Below are positions 38,283 through 47,107 of a stretch of 64,000 nt of DNA, piece by piece; within the stretch, counting starts at the first letter, position 1; every line of letters begins with the position of its first letter. Source of the DNA: Thermodesulfobacteriota bacterium. GTDB lineage: Bacteria; Desulfobacterota; Binatia; Bin18. The notes under the pieces were generated by a model. The model had not been told where the DNA came from. It saw only the letters and a program-made list of their open reading frames with translations, and ran no database searches. The position numbers and the translations under genes are program-made. The stretch lies in assembly GCA_964291405.2 (NCBI GenBank), contig OZ219926.1, positions 128,001 through 192,000 on the forward strand. The letters run 5' to 3'.

Positions 38283-38726
38283 ATGAGTATCACCCCCCTC
38301 ACCCCCCAAGAAACATTTGAGCGCATGCAGAACGACTCCGCTGCGACGTATGTCGATGTCCGGACTGTGGCCGAATTCGCCACCGGTCACCCCAAAGGAA
38401 AAGTCATTAACGTTCCGATTGTCTTCTTTCATCCAACCACGAACGAAATTTTTCAAAACGAGAGCTTTGATCTGGTCATGGCAGACGTATGCCCCAAAGA
38501 GAGTCCGTTGATCGTCGGCTGTGAGAAAGGGCCCCGGGCAAAGCAGGCGGTCGAGCGCCTTACTGCCGCAGGCTATGAAAACGTGCACTTCATGGAAGCG
38601 GGTCACGCTGGCTGGAAAGCTGCCAATCTGCCGGTCACGACCGATAACAGAGACGGGATCAGCTATGTTTCTCTCCTCACCCCGGCCAAACGGAAGCAGA
38701 AAAAGAAGAAAAAGGCGGCCCGCTAA
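38283..38726 (+). CDS. Rhodanese-like domain protein
   Basis: VDVRT..EFATGHP, active-loop CEKGPRA, GW....LP; basic tail. Confidence 0.9.
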   Translation: MSITPLTPQETFERMQNDSAATYVDVRTVAEFATGHPKGKVINVPIVFFHPTTNEIFQNESFDLVMADVCPKESPLIVGCEKGPRAKQAVERLTAAGYENVHFMEAGHAGWKAANLPVTTDNRDGISYVSLLTPAKRKQKKKKKAAR

Positions 38727-38783
38727 CGGCCTCTGTCAGCATAACAATCAGCCGACCGGCACTCTTGGGACTGAGAGTATCCT

Positions 38784-39938
38784 ATGTCTCACGCTCGGCT
38801 GACCACCCGATTGTATTGCATTCTCGCTATTCTGTTCGTACCCCTGCTGTCCTCGCCGGCCTTGGGAGGAGACGCCTATCGGTCTGTCATCGCACGTCAG
38901 GAAGGCGAGGTGCTCCGCTTCCTGCGGGCCTTTGAGCATGTACAGGAACAGTTACACCCGGCAAAATTCAGTCAGCTCCAGGCCAACCTTAGCCAAACGG
39001 TTGGCGGTCTGTTTGTGCGCCTCCGGTCTGAATTGAATACCCTGGAGCCACCCCCGGAGCGGCAGGATTTCCACCGGACTTGGCTTGAGGCCGTTGGCCT
39101 GCTGGATACGACTTATGGGATTTTTATACGGAGCGAGCAGGCCGGTTTTATCGGAGCGTTTATGCAGAGCCGCTCGGCCTTCACTCGGGCGCGCTATCTT
39201 TTGTACGAAATCCGTCTGGACACACCCACACTGCACCCCTACTGGGTTCTGCCTGAGTCGGTTGCGCACCTCCCCAGGCTGGAAAAGCGCGCCGCTGCCC
39301 GGACGCCTCAGGTCGGCATTTCCCACCACCCACCGTCGAGCAATCACGGAGCCTATTCACTCTATGTGCCGGAGCAGTATGATCCACAACACCACTGGCC
39401 GCTGATTATCGCCCTGCACGGAGCTGGTGGGGCAAATAACGAATATCTGCTGACATGGCTGCGTCCAGCCAAAAGCAAAGGCTATATCGTCCTCGCGCCC
39501 AAATCGCTCGGTCTGACCTGGGCTGTTGAGAAGCCGGAGCCCGATGTCGTGTCCGTAACCTCCACACTCATGGCCCTGCGCGAACGTTATGCCATTGACC
39601 CCGACCGGATTCTGGTTACCGGTTTGTCGGACGGCGGCACGTTCTCGTATGCGTTAAGCGCCAGTCGTCCGAACCTCTTCGGCGCGGTTGCTCCTGTTGC
39701 CGGGGTCTTGCCGCCCTGGCTGGATATGCAGAAGGCCGTCACCTTGCCTTTTCTGATTATCCACGGCGGCCAGGATTTTATTTTCCCCGTGGCGGTCGCT
39801 CGCCTGGCCCAGGCCACGCTTATCGAAAATGGACTCAAAGAAGTGACATTTACAGAGCTGCCTGAGTGGGGCCATGCCTATACCTACTCGATTAACGAGA
39901 CATATATTCTGCCCTGGTTTGAAGGTCTGTTTGAATAA
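38784..39938 (+). CDS. Exported alpha/beta hydrolase (phospholipase/carboxylesterase-like)
   Basis: Signal peptide; ALHGAGG, GLSDGG nucleophile elbow, HGGQD, WGH. Confidence 0.85.
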   Translation: MSHARLTTRLYCILAILFVPLLSSPALGGDAYRSVIARQEGEVLRFLRAFEHVQEQLHPAKFSQLQANLSQTVGGLFVRLRSELNTLEPPPERQDFHRTWLEAVGLLDTTYGIFIRSEQAGFIGAFMQSRSAFTRARYLLYEIRLDTPTLHPYWVLPESVAHLPRLEKRAAARTPQVGISHHPPSSNHGAYSLYVPEQYDPQHHWPLIIALHGAGGANNEYLLTWLRPAKSKGYIVLAPKSLGLTWAVEKPEPDVVSVTSTLMALRERYAIDPDRILVTGLSDGGTFSYALSASRPNLFGAVAPVAGVLPPWLDMQKAVTLPFLIIHGGQDFIFPVAVARLAQATLIENGLKEVTFTELPEWGHAYTYSINETYILPWFEGLFE

Positions 39939-39960
39939 TTCTCAGATGAGGAAACTAATA

Positions 39961-40983
39961 ATGAAAACGGTCATACATTTTCATCCAGGCTCCTATTTTG
40001 TTTTGTGTTCCTTCTTGGGTCTACTCCTAAGTCTCTGGCTCAACACTGCCGAGGCAGCAAAACCTGTCGGCTCTCATGTTAGCGTTACTATACTGGCGAC
40101 AAATGTCGGAGATAGGCATACGCATGGAAATTCCGTTGCTACAACACAAGGAGAATGGAGCTTTGCAGCGTGGGTCGAAGTAGACGGGCGAGCATTTCTG
40201 TTCGATACAGGCTGGTCGCCGAGAAATGTCTTACACAACGCAACAGTGCTCGGCATCGACTTGTCGCGTGCCGAAGACCTCATCCTCAGTCATCATCATG
40301 GAGATCATACTGGTGGACTCGAAACACTGAGAAAAGAGCTGACTCAGAAGAATCCAAAGGCACTCTCCCGTATTCACGTCGCAGAAGGCATCTTTGCGTC
40401 ACGTCCGGGACCGAATAATACGGAGCGCAATCCTATGGTTGCCCGGAGGGCAGCACTAGAGGCGTTAGGATCGACCTTCCTTGTCTACTCACAAACGACG
40501 GAAATCGCGCCCAAGGTCTGGGTGACTGGTCCAGTCCCACGACCACATCCGGAAAAGAATTATCCGCTGCACGACATGTCTGTCGTACAAATAGACGGAA
40601 AGACCGTCCATGACACTATACTCGAAAGCCAGTCACTCGTCGTAGTCACGTCTAACGGACCTGTCGTTGTTTCCGGTTGTGGACATGCGGGATTAATCAA
40701 CACCTTAGAATACATCCAGACAAAGATATCTGATCAGTCGCCCCATGCCGCCATCGGTGGCTTTCATTTGTTCGCTGCATCAGATGAGACACTACAATGG
40801 ACAAGTGAAGCCTTGGGCAAGATGAAGCTTGGCCATTTTCTCGGGTCGCATTGCACAGGGTTTGAATGTGTGTATCGCGTACGCGAACACGCCGGGCTAG
40901 ACCGGAACCACGCGCGGGTGGGAGCTATTGGTACGCGCTTTGTCTCAGGGCAAGGAATTACGCCGGGGAATATTAATCGGTAG
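39961..40983 (+). CDS. Exported MBL-fold metallo-hydrolase
   Basis: LFDTG, SHHHGDHTGG, SGCGHAG, GGFHL, SHCTG. Confidence 0.9.
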   Translation: MKTVIHFHPGSYFVLCSFLGLLLSLWLNTAEAAKPVGSHVSVTILATNVGDRHTHGNSVATTQGEWSFAAWVEVDGRAFLFDTGWSPRNVLHNATVLGIDLSRAEDLILSHHHGDHTGGLETLRKELTQKNPKALSRIHVAEGIFASRPGPNNTERNPMVARRAALEALGSTFLVYSQTTEIAPKVWVTGPVPRPHPEKNYPLHDMSVVQIDGKTVHDTILESQSLVVVTSNGPVVVSGCGHAGLINTLEYIQTKISDQSPHAAIGGFHLFAASDETLQWTSEALGKMKLGHFLGSHCTGFECVYRVREHAGLDRNHARVGAIGTRFVSGQGITPGNINR

Positions 40984-41079
40984 GCATGATAACAGGGTGG
41001 AAAGCCAGTTTCCCTTGCAATCCCCGAAGTCACATGAAAGATTCGATAAATAGTATTTCTGGGAAATGAGGAAAGTTGA

Positions 41080-42384
41080 ATGAGTACCCGTATGGATGCT
41101 GCCCTACCCGCCCAACCAACCGAGAGTGTACAAGTTTCGTTACAGAAAGACTTCGACGCCGACGTGCATCGCTGGCACGAGAAATACCCGAAACTCGGGA
41201 CCGGACCGGTTTCTGTCGAACCCTTGGTCTCCAAGCAGTGGTTTGAGGCTGAACGCGAATATATTTACAAAAAGTGCTGGCTGCACGTCGGAACGGTGGA
41301 CGCTATTCCCAACCCCGGCGACTACTTCGTTCATGAAATCGCCATTGCCAAGGCATCCATTGTCCTCATTCGGGGCAAGGATAATGTTGTCCGCGGTTTC
41401 TACAACGTCTGCCGCCATCGGGGTAACAAGCTGGTCTGGGACTATAAAGGCTCAAGCGCGTGCTATTTGAGCTGCAAGTTTCATGGTTGGGTCTACGACG
41501 CCGAAGGCACGTTGAGAGACGTGCCCGACGGCGAGCGCTTTTATGAGAATCTTGAGGGCAAGGCCAACCTCATTCCGGTGCATACCGCCGTGTGGGAGGG
41601 CTTTATCTTCGTCAATCTCGATCCCCATCCGACCGAGACTCTGGAAGAATATCTGGGAGAAGCCGGCCAGCGCATGAAGGACTTTCCGTTTCAGCGTGTC
41701 CCGCTCCAGTTTCATTACCAGTCCTATCAGCGCGCCAATTGGAAGCTGATGCTGGACGCGCAGTCCGAAATCTATCACGTGCGCTATCTGCATAGTTATT
41801 CCTGGCCGGATGTCTTTACCCGCCCGGACAATCCCTACGGTCATGCCTATGCACTGGACCTGTACGACCGCCACCGCGTCGGCAACTGGCCGGGCAATAA
41901 GTATTTTCAGCCCAAAGATGTTGAGGGGCTGGCCCTCGGAAAATCGGCCGCCATCACCTCCAGAGGTAACGATTTCGTTCTGCCCACCGGTCAGGGTATC
42001 AATGTCACCAACGCGGATGACTGGGGCTTTGATATTGTCCACGTTTTTCCGAATCTCAACATCCTCATTCTGCCCGGTGTGTGGCATACGCACCAGTTCT
42101 GGCCCATATCGGAGAACGAAGCGCTGTGGGAACTCAAGATTCACATGCCGAGCGCCGCAACCCCGAGCGAGCGGTTCGGGCAGGAATACAATAAAATTCT
42201 CCTGCGGGACGCCCTACTTGAAGACGGTGCCACGCATGAGCATACCCAAGACGCCCTGGAGACCGGGGCGATTGAGCAGATTTACCTGCAAGACGAAGAA
42301 CTCTTTGTCCGCCACTCATACTGGGCGGTGGAGCAGGAGATTCGTGCCAGGCGCGATGGTGCCCGCGACTCGCTGTTCGATTAG
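41080..42384 (+). CDS. Rieske non-heme iron oxygenase alpha subunit
   Basis: CRHRG...CKFHGW; NWKL..D...EIYHVRYLH; LLED. Confidence 0.93.
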   Translation: MSTRMDAALPAQPTESVQVSLQKDFDADVHRWHEKYPKLGTGPVSVEPLVSKQWFEAEREYIYKKCWLHVGTVDAIPNPGDYFVHEIAIAKASIVLIRGKDNVVRGFYNVCRHRGNKLVWDYKGSSACYLSCKFHGWVYDAEGTLRDVPDGERFYENLEGKANLIPVHTAVWEGFIFVNLDPHPTETLEEYLGEAGQRMKDFPFQRVPLQFHYQSYQRANWKLMLDAQSEIYHVRYLHSYSWPDVFTRPDNPYGHAYALDLYDRHRVGNWPGNKYFQPKDVEGLALGKSAAITSRGNDFVLPTGQGINVTNADDWGFDIVHVFPNLNILILPGVWHTHQFWPISENEALWELKIHMPSAATPSERFGQEYNKILLRDALLEDGATHEHTQDALETGAIEQIYLQDEELFVRHSYWAVEQEIRARRDGARDSLFD

Positions 42385-42392
42385 GATTGACG

Positions 42393-42776
42393 ATGGCCGA
42401 TCCTCTCCTACCCCAGGAATTCGCCGATCTGGAACCGCTAGCCCAGGCTGGCTGGTGCCTAACGACCGAACGAGAACGCACCAAAAAGCGGCGCACCAGT
42501 ACAACCGAAGAGCTGCGGGCATTTTACGCCACGGTTCGACCCCGCCTTGAAGCAGTATTGGATTATCTGGACCAGTTCGCTGTAGATAATATACCGACCA
42601 AAGAGCAAAACCTCTTCAACCTGACCCTCAGCATGACAGAAGTGGCGTTTGCCGTGGAGAAATACAAAGGCAATCCTAGCGGCTTTCAGGCTATCGAGGC
42701 CTCACGCTTTGTTCCCGTGCACGATCTGCCTTCGGGAGCGGCACCGAAACCAACGCTGTATAAAGCCCAGGATTAA
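42393..42776 (+). CDS. Conserved-looking hypothetical helical protein
   Basis: LPQEFADLEP...W.L.TERER..KR...EL.AFY; 8 nt after the oxygenase stop. Confidence 0.75.
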   Translation: MADPLLPQEFADLEPLAQAGWCLTTERERTKKRRTSTTEELRAFYATVRPRLEAVLDYLDQFAVDNIPTKEQNLFNLTLSMTEVAFAVEKYKGNPSGFQAIEASRFVPVHDLPSGAAPKPTLYKAQD

Positions 42777-42793
42777 CTTACAGGAGCATATCA

Positions 42794-43486
42794 ATGATCA
42801 AAGGGTTTGCGCTGATACCAAAGAAACCGGACATCAGTTACGAGCAGTTTCATCGCCACTGGCGTGAAGTCCATGCTCCCCTGGCGGTTCGTATCAAAGC
42901 GCTGAGACGCTATGTGCAAAGCCATCGCATGCCACAAGACATCCCCGGAGTCCCCTCCAGTCCATATGAAGGTCTGGCCGAGATTTGGTTTGACGACCTG
43001 GAAACCGGCCGGGGACTTGGCAACAACCCCGATTATATGAATGGCGCCTACCCGGATGAACCGAATTTCATTGCTGATGAGGGTCCTTCGTTTTTGATGA
43101 CTAGGGAAAATGTTGTCGTGCCTGGGCCCGAGTTGGCCAAAGATGCACCGGGTGTCAAAGCCCTCTTCCTGCTCAAGCGCAAACCAGGGCTCAGTGTTAC
43201 GGAGTTTCAAGAGCATTGGCGCACGGTCCACGCCCCTATCGTTCCCAAAACGCCAGAGCTCAGACGCTATGTCCAATGCCACGTCGCCCCCGAAATCTAC
43301 GAAACCGAGACACCCGCTTTCGACGGTGTCGCCGAGCTGTCGTGGGCTGATATGGCCGCCTTTGAAAAAGGCTGGCAGTCGGACGAGATGCAGATTGAGC
43401 AGATTCAGGGTGATGTACCGAATTTCATTGACCTCAGGAATTCAGTTGGTCTTTTGGTCGAAGAAATCCGTATTATCTGGCCCTGA
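42794..43486 (+). CDS. Tandem EthD-domain protein
   Basis: Two copies of K.KP..S..F..HW..VHAP.....LRRYVQ.H...(D/E)G.AE..(W/F).D. Confidence 0.9.
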   Translation: MIKGFALIPKKPDISYEQFHRHWREVHAPLAVRIKALRRYVQSHRMPQDIPGVPSSPYEGLAEIWFDDLETGRGLGNNPDYMNGAYPDEPNFIADEGPSFLMTRENVVVPGPELAKDAPGVKALFLLKRKPGLSVTEFQEHWRTVHAPIVPKTPELRRYVQCHVAPEIYETETPAFDGVAELSWADMAAFEKGWQSDEMQIEQIQGDVPNFIDLRNSVGLLVEEIRIIWP

Positions 43487-43762
43487 GCTTGACGCGTCCT
43501 TGAAGGCCCGCAGCACGGCGTTCATCCGCGTCTGGTATCCTGCTCCTTGAGCTTTGAACCACTCCAACACATCGGCATCTATACGGAGGGAAATCGAAGT
43601 TTTTGGGGGAACTGGGCGCAGCCCTCGGCGAACAATTCCACGCACGATATGCTTCACCTCGCTGGCCGGATGCTCGTCGGTGAGCGTAATATCTTCCTCC
43701 TTCATCGTTTTGATACGCGACCAGTCCGTCTTAGATGTTTTGGAAGAAGATAATTTGCTCAT
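43442..43762 (-). CDS. brnA: BrnA-family antitoxin
   Basis: TDW, KTSISLRIDADVLEWFKAQGAGYQTRMNAVLR. Confidence 0.92.
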   Translation of the reverse strand: MSKLSSSKTSKTDWSRIKTMKEEDITLTDEHPASEVKHIVRGIVRRGLRPVPPKTSISLRIDADVLEWFKAQGAGYQTRMNAVLRAFKDASSSGPDNTDFFDQKTN

Positions 43763-44000
43763 TTTTAGTCGCCTTTCGTAATGAGATGACACGAATACGT
43801 TCCGCTGTCTCGGTATGCACGAGTGATACGCAAACGCCTCTCAGGAGGCCAAGCGTCACAAAGCGCTGTTCTGGATAGTGAAATCGGTCATCTTCAAAGG
43901 TGAACGTCGGGCCAGTAAAGACCTCATCGACATCAGCGAAATCAAAACCATGAACGGTCAGATTTCTTCTTCGCTTGGCTTCGTCCCATGTAAATCGAAT
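43731..44000 (-). CDS. brnT: BrnT-family toxin; first codon is ATT, not ATG
   Basis: Hand translation IRFTWDEAKRRRNLTVHGFDF...EQRFVTLG...VHTE....IRVISLRKATKNE (89 aa); in-frame TAG immediately upstream. Confidence 0.88.
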   Translation of the reverse strand: MRFTWDEAKRRRNLTVHGFDFADVDEVFTGPTFTFEDDRFHYPEQRFVTLGLLRGVCVSLVHTETAERIRVISLRKATKNEQIIFFQNI

Positions 44001-44076
44001 CTACAAACTGTATATACGTACCCTATATTTACGAGCTAAGCAAACGGGGAAAGCCTAGAGGATGAGGTTTGTCGGT

Positions 44077-45429
44077 TCAGGCGGCCTTTTGCCGCATGGT
44101 GACAAATTCTTCGGCTGAGGTCGGATGAATGCCGATGGTGGCATCAAACTGCGCTTTGGTGGCATTACATTTTATGGCCACGGCCAGACCCTGAATAATC
44201 TCTCCCGCCTCCGGGCCGGTCATATGGCAGCCAATCACCCGGTCGGATTTTGGGTCAACAATAATCTTCATAAAGGTCTTCTCATCCCGCCTGCTGAGCG
44301 TGTGCTTCAAGGCCCGGAACGAGGACTTATAAATATCTATAGCGCCGTATTCCTGACGCGCCTCTTCTTCCGTCAGGCCGACCGTCCCAATGCTCGGATG
44401 ACTGAAGACCGCGGTTGCCACATTCATGTGGTCCGGTCGAGTGGGATTATTATTGAATAGGGTTTCCGCCACGGCATGGCCTTCGGCAATGGCCATAGGC
44501 GTTAGGTTAAGCCTGTCGGTGACATCTCCGACAGCATAGATATGAGAGATGTTGGTCCGCGAGTAGGCGTCCACACACACCGCGCCGGTCTCGTCCGTCT
44601 CAACACCGGCTGCTTCAAGACCGAGCCCCTTTGAGTTGGGTAAGCGGCCTGTGGCGTACATGATGATATCAGCCTCAAGCTCGCTCTGGTCGTTCAACGT
44701 AGCCTTGATTCCGTGCGGTGTTTTTTCAATCCGACTCACATCCGCGTTAAAGCGCAAATCTACTCCTCGTTTGCGCATTTCATCGGCCAGGACCCGCCTG
44801 ACATCGGTATCAAAGCCGCGCAGAAACAGCTCACCCCGATAGAGTTCAGTCACCTCTGAGCCAAGCCCATGAAAGATGGTCGCAAACTCGACCGCGATAT
44901 AGCCGCCACCCACAATAATCACGCGTTTGGGCAGCGCATCCAGGTAAAACGCTTCATTTGAGGTAATGGCGTGCTCAATACCCGGAGTTTGGGGAAAAGT
45001 CGGCCAGCTTCCGGTGGCAACCAGAATATATTCCGAGGTGTACTGCTTGCCGTCCACCTCTATAGTGTGGTCGTCAACCAGCCGTGCAGTACCCTCGATG
45101 ATTTCCGCACCCGCGCCTTCAAGCAGATTGCGATAAATACCGTTCAGACGGTTAATTTCTTTGTCTTTATTCTGAATCAGCTTTTGCCAATCAATCGTTC
45201 GCTCTCCGACTGTCCAGCCAAAGCCGGCGGCGTCCTCGAAATGGTCCCGAAACTCAGAGGCATATACGAGGAGTTTTTTTGGAATGCAGCCCACGTTGAC
45301 GCAGGTCCCACCCAGATAGCGTTCCTCAACAACCGCGGTCTTGGCCCCATACGAGGCCGCAATCCGACTCGCCCGCACGCCGCCGGAGCCCGCCCCCAGA
45401 ACAAAAAAATCGTAATCGTAGCGACCCAT
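44077..45429 (-). CDS. gor: Glutathione-disulfide reductase
   Basis: GAGSGGVRASR, GGTCVNVGCIPKK, GGGYIAVEF, GIHPTSAEEF. Confidence 0.95.
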   Translation of the reverse strand: MGRYDYDFFVLGAGSGGVRASRIAASYGAKTAVVEERYLGGTCVNVGCIPKKLLVYASEFRDHFEDAAGFGWTVGERTIDWQKLIQNKDKEINRLNGIYRNLLEGAGAEIIEGTARLVDDHTIEVDGKQYTSEYILVATGSWPTFPQTPGIEHAITSNEAFYLDALPKRVIIVGGGYIAVEFATIFHGLGSEVTELYRGELFLRGFDTDVRRVLADEMRKRGVDLRFNADVSRIEKTPHGIKATLNDQSELEADIIMYATGRLPNSKGLGLEAAGVETDETGAVCVDAYSRTNISHIYAVGDVTDRLNLTPMAIAEGHAVAETLFNNNPTRPDHMNVATAVFSHPSIGTVGLTEEEARQEYGAIDIYKSSFRALKHTLSRRDEKTFMKIIVDPKSDRVIGCHMTGPEAGEIIQGLAVAIKCNATKAQFDATIGIHPTSAEEFVTMRQKAA

Positions 45430-45508
45430 ACGTTCTCTTTCTCACTCCTTCACAATGTAGCGGCGCACATCACACCGGATAATGCCGGCGAATGCAAGCG
45501 AGGAGGGG

Positions 45509-45709
45509 TTAGTGTTGCGGAGTGCAGACAAAGCAGGGTGGAGTTTGACCGGCGGAGCATGGAGCTGATTGGCACACGCCGAGCGGTCCGCCCGGAAGCT
45601 GGCACTGTGCGCCGATTTGAGAGCACGCGGTTGGTGGAGTGGATTCGATCGAGTTAGGCAGATAACAGGCAGAAAGCAGAAACAGGACGATGAAGGACAG
45701 CATCGACAT
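45509..45709 (-). CDS. 66-aa cysteine-rich putative lipoprotein
   Basis: GGGAG RBS; lipobox-like LSAC; six further Cys. Confidence 0.65.
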   Translation of the reverse strand: MSMLSFIVLFLLSACYLPNSIESTPPTACSQIGAQCQLPGGPLGVCQSAPCSAGQTPPCFVCTPQH

Positions 45710-45753
45710 CTCCCTGTCTTGGAGAGGAGGCATGCAGGTTGGGGTGGATTCCC

Positions 45754-46089
45754 CTACTCCCCGCCCTTTGGTCCGTAAAAAATCGCCCACAGCATCAGAC
45801 CCTCGGTAAAGTCTTCAAAGCGATGCTCGGCCTGGGCCGGGACAAACAGCATATCACCGGTCTTGAATGGGTGGCGTTCGTCATCGACGATAAGCGTCCC
45901 GCTGCCGTTCATGGGAATATACAGTTCGTCTTGGTCGTGAGGCTCCTGGTCGTCCGGGTCGGGTGGGCGGTAGACCAGCGTAAACATCGAGCCGTGCGCC
46001 AACCCGAGACCGAACGGGCGGGGTCCATGGGTGCCGATCTTGGCAATCGTCTCCTGATAGTCGGAAACGAGACCTTTGCTTTCACTCAT
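45754..46089 (-). CDS. Cupin domain protein
   Basis: QEPHDQDELY...GSG...GDMLFVPAQAEHRFEDF...WAIFYGP. Confidence 0.9.
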   Translation of the reverse strand: MSESKGLVSDYQETIAKIGTHGPRPFGLGLAHGSMFTLVYRPPDPDDQEPHDQDELYIPMNGSGTLIVDDERHPFKTGDMLFVPAQAEHRFEDFTEGLMLWAIFYGPKGGE

Positions 46090-46138
46090 AGTGTTCCACC
46101 GTATTCGAGGGTCTTTGAATGGATCACGATCAGGCCTC

Positions 46139-47107
46139 TTATCGTGGCCAGACCTGAGGATTCTTTGCGGTATCATGCCCGAGGGGAGTACCGTCGGGGA
46201 GTTGGCTGAGGTCTTGCGGTGGGGCATGGCGACGGAATTTATGGGTGACATCATCACCGCCGTAGCGGACCGTCACTCCACTGCGCATCCGCGTTGGGGA
46301 GAGGTTCCCGCCGGCCCCGTGTAGACTGGCTAAATGATGCACGACCACATCTCCCGGCTGAGGCGCAAAGGTGGCGATGTCGAAATCGTCTTCGTGTCCG
46401 TCGATAAGCGGAACGTCGAGTCCTGTATCATTGTCCGCATGGGCATTGCTGATGAAAAAATTGACCTTATAAATCTGACCCGACTTGTGAACGCCCTTCA
46501 GATAGCGGACTAGGCCCATGTCTGGGTTCTCGGCATACGCCGGAACGCGCACGCCGCAGACCTGGGTCCCTTGGATATTGTCATAGCCCAGGTCTTGGTG
46601 CCACGAGGTTTTCTCCAGGGTGAGGGGCGGTTTGACTAAGACCTGGTCATCGTACAGAAAAATTTTCTGCGACTGCATCAGCGTGGCCGCGACTTCTGGT
46701 AGCGGGGAATGAATAGCCACATCGCGCAGGGCATCGCTAACCTGCCATGAGCCGGTGATGGATAAGTAATGGCCCCGCTTGTCCGTTTCCGGCTGGATGC
46801 CGTTTTCGAGCAGCACCGTACCGGCTAATTGTCGGGGCGAACCCCACTCGTTCTGGCCTTCCACCCATTTGTCTCGAGCTTGAAACCCGGAGACAGCTTC
46901 GGGCGTATTGGCGGCCAGGCCAAGATTTGTAAAATCCACAGCCTGTCCCTGAGGGTTTTTGACCAGTTCATCAATGCCGCGGGCGAGGTAATCAGCCCAC
47001 TCCGGATCGAGAATACCGGGCAGCCAGACAACGCCGTCCTCTTCGTAGGTCCGCATCTCTTCGTCAGTGATAGGACGCCGCAGGTTAGGATTCATCAGCG
47101 GCCTCAT
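46139..47107 (-). CDS. Phytanoyl-CoA dioxygenase family Fe(II)/2OG oxygenase
   Basis: YEEDGVV, WHQD, PGDVVVH...LHGAGGN...R; ATGA overlap with upstream gene. Confidence 0.88.
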   Translation of the reverse strand: MRPLMNPNLRRPITDEEMRTYEEDGVVWLPGILDPEWADYLARGIDELVKNPQGQAVDFTNLGLAANTPEAVSGFQARDKWVEGQNEWGSPRQLAGTVLLENGIQPETDKRGHYLSITGSWQVSDALRDVAIHSPLPEVAATLMQSQKIFLYDDQVLVKPPLTLEKTSWHQDLGYDNIQGTQVCGVRVPAYAENPDMGLVRYLKGVHKSGQIYKVNFFISNAHADNDTGLDVPLIDGHEDDFDIATFAPQPGDVVVHHLASLHGAGGNLSPTRMRSGVTVRYGGDDVTHKFRRHAPPQDLSQLPDGTPLGHDTAKNPQVWPR

